A DNA stretch of 64,000 nucleotides, taken from contig CBDAOY010000006.1 in assembly GCA_965198225.1 (NCBI GenBank), forward strand, positions 736,001-800,000, read 5' to 3'. Below are positions 1 through 9,901 of the stretch, piece after piece (the stretch's first letter is position 1; each line of letters opens with the position of its first letter). The DNA is from Terriglobia bacterium. Its GTDB lineage: Bacteria > Acidobacteriota > Terriglobia > 20CM-2-55-15. Both the position numbers and the translations under genes were made by a program. The notes under the pieces were generated by a model. That model had not been told where the DNA came from and ran no database searches. It was given only the letters and a program-made list of their open reading frames with translations.

Positions 1-1327
1 TCAAGTGGTGCGCAGTGATCGTGACGTTGCCATCTTGGATCGAAAACGCGCCGTCCAGCGGGACTTCCTCTACATCCGGCACTACGCCCGCAGCAGCCAG
101 GGCATCCGGACGAATGGTCGACTCCGAAGTCAAGACGTCGTCCCAGAACCCGCTCACACCGTTGCCAACGATTGCCCTCGCTCCCGCGGCTACCAGAGAT
201 CGAACGCCCGCGGCGTGGTCCTGGTGAAAATGGCTCTGCACGACATGCGAGATGGCGACGCCGGGAAACGTTGCTTCGACCGCATCGACCAGGTTACTTC
301 CATGTTTCGGCGATCCGGGTGCTTCGACCAGGAGCAGCCCTCGCTCGTATGAAACCGCGATCGAGTTGCCAGTGCTGCTCCCCAGTAGGGTCACACCCGG
401 CACGATCTCCGACGGCGTCACGGGGGACTCCTCGCCGTAGAAAAAGCCAAGGTTGAAAAATGCATCCTGCACTTGATGGGTCTGCTGGCCGAACGCGAAT
501 GCGTCGGCGTCCAGCGTCGGGTCGACGGCCTCGGGCGGAAGATCGAAGGTCCCCGCAGGAAAGTCCGGCCCGATTTCGACGGCCGTGCGTGTTTCGTCAT
601 GCACCAGAGCCCCTCCAGCATAGAGCTCAACGGCACCGGGGAACGCAAGCACCCCCTGCGCTTGCCAGTCCAGGTAGCGGACCTCAATTGAAACGTCGCG
701 AACCAGGATGTTGTTCTCGACGGTCTCGAGCTTCGAGATGATTCCCGATTCGTCATCCACGAACATGCGGATCTCGGCAACCTTTCCAGCGAAGCTGACA
801 ATCCGATGCGGCCGGCCGTCGAATTCCCCCGCTCCGCCGTCTCCGATCAGCGCCGGGTCTTGAAGCCCTTCCCGAAGGTAAAAGTGGGGGTTGAACAAGC
901 GTTGCTGAGTACGCAGCGCGGCGACGTAATGCGACGGCACGGCTCCAGGAGGGCTGAACCCCGCCTGCGCACTCAGCCCACCCACGTCCCCGTTGAGCAC
1001 AATGCTGAAGCTCGCTCGCGGAAACGACTGCAGCGCCTCGAAGAGCGGCGTGCGATCTGTGTCCGTGCGGAGGTTCTCGTTCGCGAGGTCGAACATGTAG
1101 CGCGTTGTGTAGGTGCTCACATCCATCAAACCGCCCGGTCTTGGCGTCTCGTGGTCGATTCTTCGGCTTCCGCGCGCCTCGATCTGCAGTCGCTCGAGGT
1201 CGGTGAGGGCCACCGCTCCGCCGATGGCCTCCACCGCCTGTTCAAACGGGGTCCGCCCGTCGCCCGCCCCGCAACCTCCGGAGAGAAGGCCGGCAAGAGC
1301 AATCATGAGTAAGTATCTGTTCTTCAT
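1..1327 (-). CDS. MBL-fold metallo-hydrolase lipoprotein (3' end runs off the window)
   Basis: Manual translation of the minus strand, which is absent from the ORF track: MKNRYLLMIALAGLLSGGC (lipobox) ... HVVQSHFHQDHAAG (HxHxDH). Same architecture as 15671..17149. Confidence 0.8.
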   Translation of the reverse strand, partial: MKNRYLLMIALAGLLSGGCGAGDGRTPFEQAVEAIGGAVALTDLERLQIEARGSRRIDHETPRPGGLMDVSTYTTRYMFDLANENLRTDTDRTPLFEALQSFPRASFSIVLNGDVGGLSAQAGFSPPGAVPSHYVAALRTQQRLFNPHFYLREGLQDPALIGDGGAGEFDGRPHRIVSFAGKVAEIRMFVDDESGIISKLETVENNILVRDVSIEVRYLDWQAQGVLAFPGAVELYAGGALVHDETRTAVEIGPDFPAGTFDLPPEAVDPTLDADAFAFGQQTHQVQDAFFNLGFFYGEESPVTPSEIVPGVTLLGSSTGNSIAVSYERGLLLVEAPGSPKHGSNLVDAVEATFPGVAISHVVQSHFHQDHAAGVRSLVAAGARAIVGNGVSGFWDDVLTSESTIRPDALAAAGVVPDVEEVPLDGAFSIQDGNVTITAHHL

Positions 1328-1567
1328 TCCTGGTCCTTCGCTGAGTCGGTTCGGAGAGGTCTTGTAGTCCTTCGGCGAGAGCCGCAGGCCGTGATTCCTG
1401 CCTGGCCGGCAACCCGTCGCCCTGTGGTTAAACTAGCGCAAATGATACGAAAGGGGGAAGTTGGAGGCAATCACAGAGTCACATTCCCGCAAAACCGCCT
1501 GGTCTGACATCTGAATTGGCCCATATTCATGGGGTCGCGGGAAGAATCCAACTTACCGCGATGGCGA

Positions 1568-1702
1568 CTTCTCGGGAATTGAGAATAGATCGGTAAGCAC
1601 TACGGCCTTACTCGCGAGTAATCGTCGTCGATCGCACCCTTCTCGGGAATTGAGAATAGATCGGTAAGCACCGGCCTTACTCGCGAGTAAGTGATCGCAC
1701 CC
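1568..1702. repeat. Imperfect ~70-bp tandem duplication containing the palindrome TTACTCGCGAGTAA
   Basis: CTTCTCGGGAATTGAGAATAGATCGGTAAGCAC..CGGCCTTACTCGCGAGTAA..GATCGCACCC starts at 1568 and again at 1639. Palindromes at 1608-1621 and 1677-1690. Confidence 0.85.
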
Positions 1703-1760
1703 AAGATCGTCCAGTGAAGATCCGGCGGTCATGATGAAACTTTGGCCGACAGGTAAACCA

Positions 1761-1798
1761 GCGGGGTTCGCAGTGCAGGGGGTGGCAAGCGGCACGGC
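1761..1798 (+). repeat. 38-bp direct repeat, copy 1 (copy 2 at 3528-3565)
   Basis: GCGGGGTTCGCAG(T/C)GCAGGGGG(T/C)GGCAAGCGGCACGGC, 36/38 identical. Confidence 0.85.
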
Positions 1799-2269
1799 CT
1801 TCACTACATCCACAACCGACTCAGCTCAGCGCGTGATTTGCTGAGTAAAACTATGTTTTGTTGAATCACCTTCGGGATTCTTTGCCAGCAGAAAATGTGA
1901 AAAGTTGAGCGCCCGTCGATCGTCACTCAGAAGATAACCGGTTGTTTCCACGGGGCGTGCTCCAGTAGCATCGCGCAATGGAGACGAATACCAGGGAGAT
2001 CGCTAATGGGATTTTTCGTTACTTCGTCCAGGATCCGAAACGCCATGTCGGGACCGAATACGATCAAACTTTTCGACGAGGGGGGCCGTATCTGGAAGTC
2101 TCTCCTGCTGACGAAAAGTGGTGGCACCGTTGGACGAGAGGCGCTTCAGGCGGTAGCTCAACCGCCCTTCCTGTCGGCGAGATAAACGATCGGTGGCCGG
2201 GGGCCCGAGCGCGATGTACCCGCTCGCACACGGTCTCATGCCGGCGGGCATTTCAAGGCAGGGGGGCTC

Positions 2270-3511
2270 ATGCCTAGGATCGACTGGGAAGTCTCGGGGC
2301 AGGTGCAGGTGGAGAATTGGCTCCTCTTCCGTGGAGACGGTGCGGCCAATCTTGCCCCGCTGTCAGGCGTGACCGTGGAGGTTGCAGCGTCGACGAGGTA
2401 CGACGGAGGTTGGAGGCGTTGGGGCCGGACGAAGACGGACGGCGAGGGGCGGTTTCAGCTCCCGCCCAAGAGAAAGTCCGATAAGCGTCGGCGCTTCCGC
2501 GTCCGGGTCTTTCTCGAAGACGACCGACTCCGCGTCGTGAAGTTGAAGGTCGATGGAAAGTTCGGTGTGGCGCCCATCGTCGCTCACAAGGACACCGCGC
2601 CGTACACGAGCCGGAGCTTCCGAAGCGGCCCCCTCGTCGAGTTACCATCGGCGGTTATCCGCGAAGGCGCGACCCGGGCGACCAGAAACCACGCCCGCCG
2701 GGCGAACATCTGGTACGTGCTCAAGACCGTGCAGGACGCGCTGCGGGAGCAAGACCCGTGGCTCGCCTACCTCAAGAAGCTCACCGCCGTCTATCCGACA
2801 ACGGCCACGACGTGGGCTGCGGGAAACAGCGCGAACATTGGTCCGGGGTACTACAAGGTCGGCACGGTCATCCACGAGGCGATCCACGTCTGGGACTACC
2901 AGCACAACACTGGGATGACCAACTGGGTCTGCGCATGGCTGATCGGTGGGACGCACGGACGCCGTGAGCCACCCAGCGTGGCGTTCCACGAGGGCTTCGC
3001 GAGCTGGGCCTCTCGGCAGCTCCTTCACGATCTCTGGGGCCACGGCCAGTACAAGCCCTTCAACAAGAAGCATCTGGACGACGAGCACGACATACGCTCC
3101 CTCTCCGAGCTCGAGAGGAACGACGACGGTGTGATGTCGGTGCTCCGACTTCTCACACACGAGGACCCGTACGGCCTGCTCCTCGGCACTCTGATCGAGG
3201 CGCCAACGAACGACGAATGGGCGGGGAAGATGCGCCGGACGGACCGCAAGCGGCTGGTGTGCCCGAAGGGGCCGATCCTCGACACCTGGGACCTCTTCTC
3301 CGCGTTCCGCGCGAACCGGGCGGCAGGATGGCGTACGAATCTTCAAGTGGGGAAGGACCGCTACGGAGTTCTCCGGTTCATCGAGCGCCTTTCCGACTTC
3401 TATCCGGATCGATTCGGGGATAACGTGAAGGAGGCGCTTCTGAACGTCGTCGATCCGATCCGGACCGACGAGATGTCATCGCTGTGCAGGCGCGCCCGTC
3501 GGGCGAAGTGA
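2270..3511 (+). CDS. Hypothetical zinc metalloprotease-like protein (gluzincin-type)
   Basis: VIHEAIH (HExxH) and downstream AFHEGFASW. The N-terminus looks like a beta-sandwich/carboxypeptidase-regulatory domain (PLSGVTVEV..TKTDGEGRFQL). Confidence 0.7.
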   Translation: MPRIDWEVSGQVQVENWLLFRGDGAANLAPLSGVTVEVAASTRYDGGWRRWGRTKTDGEGRFQLPPKRKSDKRRRFRVRVFLEDDRLRVVKLKVDGKFGVAPIVAHKDTAPYTSRSFRSGPLVELPSAVIREGATRATRNHARRANIWYVLKTVQDALREQDPWLAYLKKLTAVYPTTATTWAAGNSANIGPGYYKVGTVIHEAIHVWDYQHNTGMTNWVCAWLIGGTHGRREPPSVAFHEGFASWASRQLLHDLWGHGQYKPFNKKHLDDEHDIRSLSELERNDDGVMSVLRLLTHEDPYGLLLGTLIEAPTNDEWAGKMRRTDRKRLVCPKGPILDTWDLFSAFRANRAAGWRTNLQVGKDRYGVLRFIERLSDFYPDRFGDNVKEALLNVVDPIRTDEMSSLCRRARRAK

Positions 3512-3527
3512 GCCGATAAGGGAACAA

Positions 3528-3565
3528 GCGGGGTTCGCAGCGCAGGGGGCGGCAAGCGGCACGGC
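3528..3565 (+). repeat. 38-bp direct repeat, copy 2
   Basis: Matches 1761-1798 with 2 mismatches. Begins 17 bp after the stop of 2270..3511. Confidence 0.85.
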
Positions 3566-3999
3566 GGGAATGTCGGAGGTGGCGTGTTAGGAGAACCGCA
3601 TCCCAGATTCGGCAGACCCCTTGGGAGACGACGTAATCCGTTTCAGACTCGTCGTAGCTCGTCACATCGTCCAAAAGCCAGTCAAAAGGGATTTCCTGCC
3701 TCAGGAAGCACAGACGCGCGGAGGGATGGAGAGAAGCTGGACACCCGCGGGCGGTGGTAGTCACGCGCCAACTACCTGTAAAAGTGAGAACGATGCCGTG
3801 GCGAAACACCGGACTACTCCTGCCTTGTCGCCAAGGGTTTACCCATCCTGCGGAAGCGAATGGCTCTACCCTTCGGCGTTACTCGGGGGCAATCGGTGTC
3901 GACAGTTGGGTCAACGAACCTCGCCCCAAAATGACTTCTACGGTTTGCCGTGAGTGGACTGCCAATTGTCTGCTCAGGAGTCCCGAGACTCACTTCGAT

Positions 4000-4224
4000 T
4001 TATGCCTGGTTTTCTTCGAATGTGGGTTGCACGGTGGAACCGTCGATCGCGTAACGAAGCCCGGCGGCATAAGACTCCAGCCTGCCGCGGTTGATGTTCA
4101 GACGTATCTTCTCTTCGAGTGTCCGTTCAGGATTACCGATCTGATTGATGAGTTGAGCAACCCTGAGCTCGGTCTCGCGGATCTTTTCCAGAAGTTCGCC
4201 CGCGCTTGGGGAATTGTCTTTCAA
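4000..4224 (-). CDS. Small helical hypothetical protein
   Basis: 74 aa with protein-like amphipathic composition, TTG start, and a sigma-28-like promoter upstream. Confidence 0.5.
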   Translation of the reverse strand: MKDNSPSAGELLEKIRETELRVAQLINQIGNPERTLEEKIRLNINRGRLESYAAGLRYAIDGSTVQPTFEENQA

Positions 4225-4371
4225 TTCACGTCTCTCGATACTGGCCGGATTCTCAACAAGCTTCTCTGATGAAACGTCGGGACTCTTATGGAGTCCCTTC
4301 TAGTAAACCGAGTCAGCCACTCCCGACGAGCAGCCCTCGAGCCTCAAGAAAGAAACCGTCTTCTCTTTATT

Positions 4372-4399
4372 CTATCGGCGATATCCGTTCAGAAGTTTA
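4372..4399 (-). promoter_or_regulatory. Putative sigma-28 (FliA-type) promoter
   Basis: Minus strand TAAA-N16-GCCGATAG versus consensus TAAA-N15-GCCGATAA. Confidence 0.5.
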
Positions 4400-4450
4400 A
4401 GGAAAAGTTCGAGTTTCGGTCGCGGGACAAACGCTTTTCACGAAATCGAC

Positions 4451-4478
4451 TAAAGTCCTGAAGTTTCTTGTCCGATAA
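4451..4478 (+). promoter_or_regulatory. Putative sigma-28 promoter, divergent from 4372-4399
   Basis: TAAA-N16-TCCGATAA (begins TAAAGT). Confidence 0.4.
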
Positions 4479-4715
4479 GAGGAAAGAGGGGGTTTCTACC
4501 CGTACCTTCAGAATAAAGAGTTATAAGAAAAAAATGGAGAAAAGGGACCGATCAGATATTGGTGCCCCCATCGAAGCCCGCGTCCCGCGCGGCACGGAAC
4601 TGCTCCAGGTGGTACTTCCACTGTAACTGGAGGTGGATACTGCCCTGTCGACGACTTGGCCTAGCTGATAGACATCTGACTTGACATGCGGAGCGCTTAC
4701 AGGCATAGAATGCCT

Positions 4716-5045
4716 ATGCCTAGGGAAACTGGCCTACCGCCGGGAACACTCGTGATGCTTGTCCTGAAGGTCCTGGCTACCGGGCCGCTTCACGGGTACG
4801 CCATCGCCCAACGCATTCACAAGCTGTCCAGCGAAGAGTTGCGCGTGGAAGAAGGGTCGCTGTACCCGGCACTGCAAAAACTGCTGCTGAAAGGATGGGT
4901 CCAGGCAAACTGGACCGTGTCGGATTCGGGCCGCCGGGTGCGTGCCTACCGTGTCACGCCTTCGGGAAGACAACAACTCGATCTCGAACTTGCCGAATAC
5001 CGCCGCATGAACCGTGCCATAGAGGCGCTTCTGGAAAGTGCATGA
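4716..5045 (+). CDS. PadR family transcriptional regulator (acidobacterial type)
   Basis: GTLVMLVLKVL..GPLHGYAIAQRI..EEGSLYPALQKL..GWV..GRRVRAYRVTPSGRQQL. Inverted repeat AGGCAT-AGA-ATGCCT (4701-4715) just before the ATG may be an operator. TTGACA at 4681. Confidence 0.92.
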   Translation: MPRETGLPPGTLVMLVLKVLATGPLHGYAIAQRIHKLSSEELRVEEGSLYPALQKLLLKGWVQANWTVSDSGRRVRAYRVTPSGRQQLDLELAEYRRMNRAIEALLESA

Positions 5046-5055
5046 GGGAAAGATC

Positions 5056-7665
5056 ATGAGACCGCTTGGAGAGTTGTGGCGCCGCTTCTGGTACCTGTTC
5101 AACCGCAGGCGCATGGAAGCCGACCTCCGCGAAGAGATGGAATCGCACCGTGCGGAAATGGGAGAACCTGCCCGCTTCGGCAATACGCTACGGCTTCGGG
5201 AAGAGTCCCGCGACGTGTGGGGATGGAACTGGGTGGACGACACCTTCGGCGACATCCGCTACGCCTGTCGGACGATCATTGGAATGCCCGTCCTCACGAT
5301 CGTCGTGGTCTTGTCTCTCGGGGTGGGAATCGGAATCAACACGACGGTTTTCTCATGGATCCAGGCCGTTGTCCTTCAACCGATCCCGGGTGTCACGGAT
5401 CCATCCGACTTCTACCTGATCGAGCCGCGCGCCGACGCTGGAGCCTATCCAGGCGTTTCGTGGCCCGAGTACCGGGACCTCTGGGAAGGCGTCGTTTCGT
5501 TCAACGATCTGGCGGCTTTCCGGATGGTTCCCATCAACCTGAGCGAAGACGGACAAGCCGAGCGTGTGTACGGGCTTCTCGTCTCCACCAATTATTTCTC
5601 CACGCTGGGCCTCGAACCGCTTCTTGGACGTTTCGCCTGGAACGGCGACGGTTCGGACAACATGGAGGTCGTAGTCTCGCACGGCTTCTGGCAGAGGCGG
5701 TTGGACGGCTCCGGCGATGCGATGGGCAGCAGGGTGCGAGTCAATGGCCAGGAACTGACAGTGGTCGCCGTCACGCCTCCCGGGTTTCAGGGAACCGTCC
5801 TCGGCCTGGAGTTCGACCTGTGGGTTCCGGCGGGGCTGGCGCCGATCCTGTACGACGGATCGCGCGAACTGGAAGCACGGAACCAGCGAGGCTACTCGGT
5901 GATGGGCAGGCTCCTCCCGGGCACCTCCCAAGCCCTGGCCCAGGCCGACGTGGACGCCGTAGCGGCGCGAATCGAAGGGGACTTTCCCGAAGCCAACGCC
6001 GGATTCCGGAGCGAGGTCCTTCCGTTCTGGCGCGCACCCAGGGGAGCCCAACAATTCGTATTACCTGGGCTGACAGTTCTTCAGGCCGTCATGCTTCTCC
6101 TGCTGCTGGCTGTCTGCGGCAACACGGCGAATCTTGTCCTGGCGCGAGCAACCGTTCGGCAGCGTGAAGTAGCCGTGAGGCTTGCAATGGGCGCCAGCCG
6201 CTCACGCGTCGTCCGACTATTGATGACCGAAAACCTGATACTGGGGCTTGCCGGCGCCACGATGGGAGTGCTGATCGCTAGCTGGGGAACGATCGCGCTC
6301 CGCGCCGTCCGCTTCTCCACCTTGTTCCCGGTCCGGTTTGAGACCGGTGTCGATGCGATCGGCCTCTCGTTCGCGGCGGCACTCGGCGTCGTATGTGCGG
6401 TCGCCTTCGGAACGGCTCCGGCCCTGCAGTTGCTGCGAGGATCCCATCTCAGCCTTCGATCGCACAGCAGCAGGATCGAGCCAAAGAGGATGCGAAAGAC
6501 CCTGATGAGTATCGAAGCGGGGTTGGCTCTCATGGTCCTGCTGGCGGCCGGTCTCTTCCTTCAGGGTTTCCGCGAAACCCTCGATACGGATCCGGGTTTC
6601 CAGCCTGAGGGCCTTCTTCTCTCAGCCTACGATCTGTCCGGCGGCACGGCAGGGCACCTGGTATCGGGAGCCAACGTCGACAGAACGTTCGCCCGGACAT
6701 TTACCGGAAGACTCCTCGAAGACCTGAGGGCCCTACCGGAAGTGGAGTCGGCTGCGATCGCGACCTTCATACCGATCGACATTCACGGCCTCCCGCTGGG
6801 ATCGTTCAGTCTCGAAGGCCGCCCACAGACCGATCTGGCTCCAGACCGGGCACTGCTGAACGTGGTGACCCGTTCATACTTCGGGACCATGGGCATCCCA
6901 TTGGTCCGGGGAACCGATTTCACGATTCTCAGCGACTCCACGACTCCTCCACAGGTCATCGTCAACGAAGAATTCGTCCGCCGATTCCTGGCGGGCTCCG
7001 AGCCTATCGGACAACGGCTCGATGCGAGCGGACAAACCTTTACGATTACCGGCGTCGTCAGGGACTCGGTGTACGAATCGTTCGGCGAACCGCCGATCCC
7101 GTTCACCTACTACGCATACAGAAACCGCATGCCCACCGATGGTCAGATCCATCTTCGGACCCGCGCAGGCGGTGAGGCTCTCCTGGCGACGGAGGTCCGG
7201 CGGGTCGTTCGCGAACTGGATCCGGCGCTTCCCGTGTACGACGTACGAACGATGACCGAGCATGTCGAAACGAACCTCTTCCTTCGGCGGATTCCCGCGC
7301 AGATGTTCGCGGTCATCGCGCCGCTGCTGCTCCTGCTTGCGGCCATCGGGATCTACGCGGTCGTGGCCTATAATGTCACGCGCCGCACGACCGAAATCGG
7401 CATCCGTCTGGCAATGGGCGCCCGCACGCGCACGCTCGTCAGACAAATTGTGGGCGAAAGCATGGGCAGCATCGCGGTCGGGATGGCGATCGGATGGCTC
7501 CTCGCATTCGTCGTCTACACCCACCTTGTACCTGGAGACCCCCTCGACCCAGCCGTCTTCGTGGGCATGCCCTCGTTGCTGGCAATTGTAGCGATCACCT
7601 CATGCTGGATCCCGGCGCGGCGCGCAACGAGACTGGATCCGATGACGGCATTGAGAGAAGACTAG
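5056..7665 (+). CDS. ADOP-type ABC transporter permease (duplicated MacB_PCD/FtsX)
   Basis: Typical N-terminus (EEMESH..RFGN..LREESRDVWGW) and two FtsX repeats (CGNTANLVLAR..REVAVRLAMGA; RRTTEIGIRLAMGA..PARRATRLDPMTALR). Confidence 0.92.
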   Translation: MRPLGELWRRFWYLFNRRRMEADLREEMESHRAEMGEPARFGNTLRLREESRDVWGWNWVDDTFGDIRYACRTIIGMPVLTIVVVLSLGVGIGINTTVFSWIQAVVLQPIPGVTDPSDFYLIEPRADAGAYPGVSWPEYRDLWEGVVSFNDLAAFRMVPINLSEDGQAERVYGLLVSTNYFSTLGLEPLLGRFAWNGDGSDNMEVVVSHGFWQRRLDGSGDAMGSRVRVNGQELTVVAVTPPGFQGTVLGLEFDLWVPAGLAPILYDGSRELEARNQRGYSVMGRLLPGTSQALAQADVDAVAARIEGDFPEANAGFRSEVLPFWRAPRGAQQFVLPGLTVLQAVMLLLLLAVCGNTANLVLARATVRQREVAVRLAMGASRSRVVRLLMTENLILGLAGATMGVLIASWGTIALRAVRFSTLFPVRFETGVDAIGLSFAAALGVVCAVAFGTAPALQLLRGSHLSLRSHSSRIEPKRMRKTLMSIEAGLALMVLLAAGLFLQGFRETLDTDPGFQPEGLLLSAYDLSGGTAGHLVSGANVDRTFARTFTGRLLEDLRALPEVESAAIATFIPIDIHGLPLGSFSLEGRPQTDLAPDRALLNVVTRSYFGTMGIPLVRGTDFTILSDSTTPPQVIVNEEFVRRFLAGSEPIGQRLDASGQTFTITGVVRDSVYESFGEPPIPFTYYAYRNRMPTDGQIHLRTRAGGEALLATEVRRVVRELDPALPVYDVRTMTEHVETNLFLRRIPAQMFAVIAPLLLLLAAIGIYAVVAYNVTRRTTEIGIRLAMGARTRTLVRQIVGESMGSIAVGMAIGWLLAFVVYTHLVPGDPLDPAVFVGMPSLLAIVAITSCWIPARRATRLDPMTALRED

Positions 7666-7828
7666 TACACAAAACAGAAAAAAACGCACTCCGGCTCTCC
7701 CTCGAAAGATGGTCCAGTTGCGCCTCGCTGTTCGGTGCGAGACCACGAGCTTCGTTCAGTCATTTCTGGATGAAGACTCTCAGATTCATGATCCGTGTGT
7801 TGCCGTCTTTAGGGTTTAAACTCCGGAC

Positions 7829-8659
7829 ATGCCACGTCGACCGGTACTCCCCGATGAGATTGAAGACTACCGCGACGCACGCTGGCTGCGGTCGGAAACG
7901 GCGCCTGTGAACACGGCGCAACAAGCGGAGCGCTTTATTGAGCAGATCGGGTTCGCGGCCTGCATGACAGACTCGCGTCGGCCCGGCCCATCGCTTTACA
8001 TCGCCGTCTGTGGAAGGCGCGACGCCATCATGCCGCGGAACGTCCAGAAAGACCCGGAGAGCTCGCACACGTGGCGATTGAAGGACGATCTCATGCGGCG
8101 CGGCCGTGTTTACTACGCCAGGCTTTCCCGGGGTAGAGCGATGTTTCTGGCTCCGCGAATGGTCCCGTATTTCAATGCCCTCTGGGGCGTTCCGCGGCGA
8201 CAGGAGAAAATGCGTTTGAGCAGGGAGGCCCTCGCCATGCTCGCAGTGCTGCGCCGGGAGTGGGAAATGGCCACCGCCGATCTTCGTTCTGAATCTGGCG
8301 TGACGGATCGGAAAACGTTCACACGTGCCATGGATGAACTTCAGGGAGCAATGCTCGTCGTCCCCAGCGAAGCCGTCTATCGCCCCAAGTTCACCTACCT
8401 GTGGGAGCTGGCAACGGAGCGTTTTCCCGAGGAACTCTCCGTGAGAACGAATCAGGCAACCGCTGTACGGGAAGTGGCGCGATGCTTTCTCGACGGCGCG
8501 GGACTCACGGTGCCCGGTGAGCTGGCGCGTGTCACGGGTTTGTCGCGAGTCGAAGCTGGAATCGGAAACAAGGTGCTGGTCAAGGAAGGATACGCGACAG
8601 CGGTTGCGCGGGGAACATATCGCCTGACCAGTCTCAGTGAGTCACCTAGTGACCAGTAA
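7829..8659 (+). CDS. Hypothetical winged-helix protein, possibly AlkZ/YcaQ-related
   Basis: 276-aa ORF with repeated wHTH-like segments. The family guess is from general resemblance only. Confidence 0.55.
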   Translation: MPRRPVLPDEIEDYRDARWLRSETAPVNTAQQAERFIEQIGFAACMTDSRRPGPSLYIAVCGRRDAIMPRNVQKDPESSHTWRLKDDLMRRGRVYYARLSRGRAMFLAPRMVPYFNALWGVPRRQEKMRLSREALAMLAVLRREWEMATADLRSESGVTDRKTFTRAMDELQGAMLVVPSEAVYRPKFTYLWELATERFPEELSVRTNQATAVREVARCFLDGAGLTVPGELARVTGLSRVEAGIGNKVLVKEGYATAVARGTYRLTSLSESPSDQ

Positions 8660-8998
8660 CAGAGGTGTCGCCCCCGGCGTTCGGAGCGCAACGGGGCCGG
8701 ATGACTTTTTGGTCAAACCACAAGATCAACCGCGGAAAGTCGCTAAGGCGCTAGCTCATTGCGGACAGAATCCGTCAACACTTGGGCGTTACTCGCGGGT
8801 AATTCTAACGGAGGATCCCCAACGACCCGGGTCCTCCGTACGGTCTGGCGGTTTTACGGCGAAGTAGTTGCTCTGCCCAACCAACGCACGGCACAAGCCA
8901 CTGATTTAATTGGATGATCTTAGTTCGGTCACGGATCTACAACAATAGGCATTTGCGAGCAAAAGAGACTTAGTGGGCGTTGAGGATGGTCGTGCAGT

Positions 8999-9164
8999 TT
9001 GACAAGGACTCGCCACCCTGTATACTTGAGTTCGCAACACAAGTTGCTAATCCTGTTTAGGCACCTCTTGCCTCTGTTCGGAAAGTAGTTGGATCCTGTT
9101 TATCGACCCGCCTTTCCCCACAAAGCTCTCGAAGTTCCTCTACATACAAATTCAAGGAAATTAA
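8999..9164 (+). promoter_or_regulatory. sigma70 promoter plus conserved 5' leader of RRM gene
   Basis: TTGACA (8999)-N16-TATACT (9021). Leader blocks are shared with the region upstream of 42772. Confidence 0.7.
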
Positions 9165-9464
9165 ATGACTCAAAAACTATACGTTGGAAATCTGTCGTTC
9201 CAGACGACGGAAGGCGATCTGGAGACCCTGTTTGCGCAAGCCGGCGCCGTCGAATCGGTCCGGATCATTACGGACCGGGACACCGGCCGATCCCGAGGCT
9301 TCGGTTTTGTGGAGATGAGTGATGAAGATGCAAAAAAAGCGATTTCGCAGTTCAACGAAAGCGACTTGGACGGCCGCGCACTCACGGTCAACGAAGCGAA
9401 ACCTCAGGTGAAGCGCGAAGGAGGAGGCGGGTACGGACGCGGAGGCGGGCGCGACCGGTACTAA
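9165..9464 (+). CDS. RNA-binding protein (RRM/RNP-1, Gly-rich tail)
   Basis: RNP2 KLYVGNL, RNP1 RGFGFVEM, GGGGYGRGGG tail. Confidence 0.95.
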   Translation: MTQKLYVGNLSFQTTEGDLETLFAQAGAVESVRIITDRDTGRSRGFGFVEMSDEDAKKAISQFNESDLDGRALTVNEAKPQVKREGGGGYGRGGGRDRY

Positions 9465-9474
9465 AAGTTACGGA

Positions 9475-9501
9475 AGACACGGCAGTCCCGCTGCCGTGTC
9501 T
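9475..9501 (+). terminator. Stem-loop after RRM gene
   Basis: AGACACGGCAG-TCCCG-CTGCCGTGTCT, 11-bp perfect stem. Confidence 0.65.
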
Positions 9502-9901
9502 CTCTCACTCTCCGCCAAGCGATCAGATACAGAACGCGGACGACCCGGGCACTCCAGACAAGTTAGTCGTCAATTTTTGGGTGTTTGATAAGAGGCCGCG
9601 TAATGACCCGTGAGCTCGAAGCCGACGCATCGTCTGGCAAGAAGCTCGTTGCTCGGGCGGGGAACCGATCCTCATGAGGAGTCCGTCAGGGTCAACGGTC
9701 AGGGCGCCGCACGGAAAGGCCGGGCGCATGACTGCTAGCCCAAACCACTGCCGCACGCCATCAGAACCACTTGCAAATCAGGGGCCCCGGCTACTCGCAG
9801 GCGGCCAGGTGCACAACGAAATGCTGGATCAGTCGCGGAAAGTCGCCTAGCGGTTAGGAACGCTCGTTTGACCTGCTGTTGAGGCTACTTGGTCGGTTAA
9901 A

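Noticed and set aside
1978-2277. 99-aa ORF upstream of the metalloprotease-like gene
   Set aside because: No motif support and the second half looks non-coding. At most a gene fragment.
3512-3595. Integron attC site after the metalloprotease-like gene
   Set aside because: GTTAGGA is present, but there is no matching RYYYAAC inverse core and no integrase.
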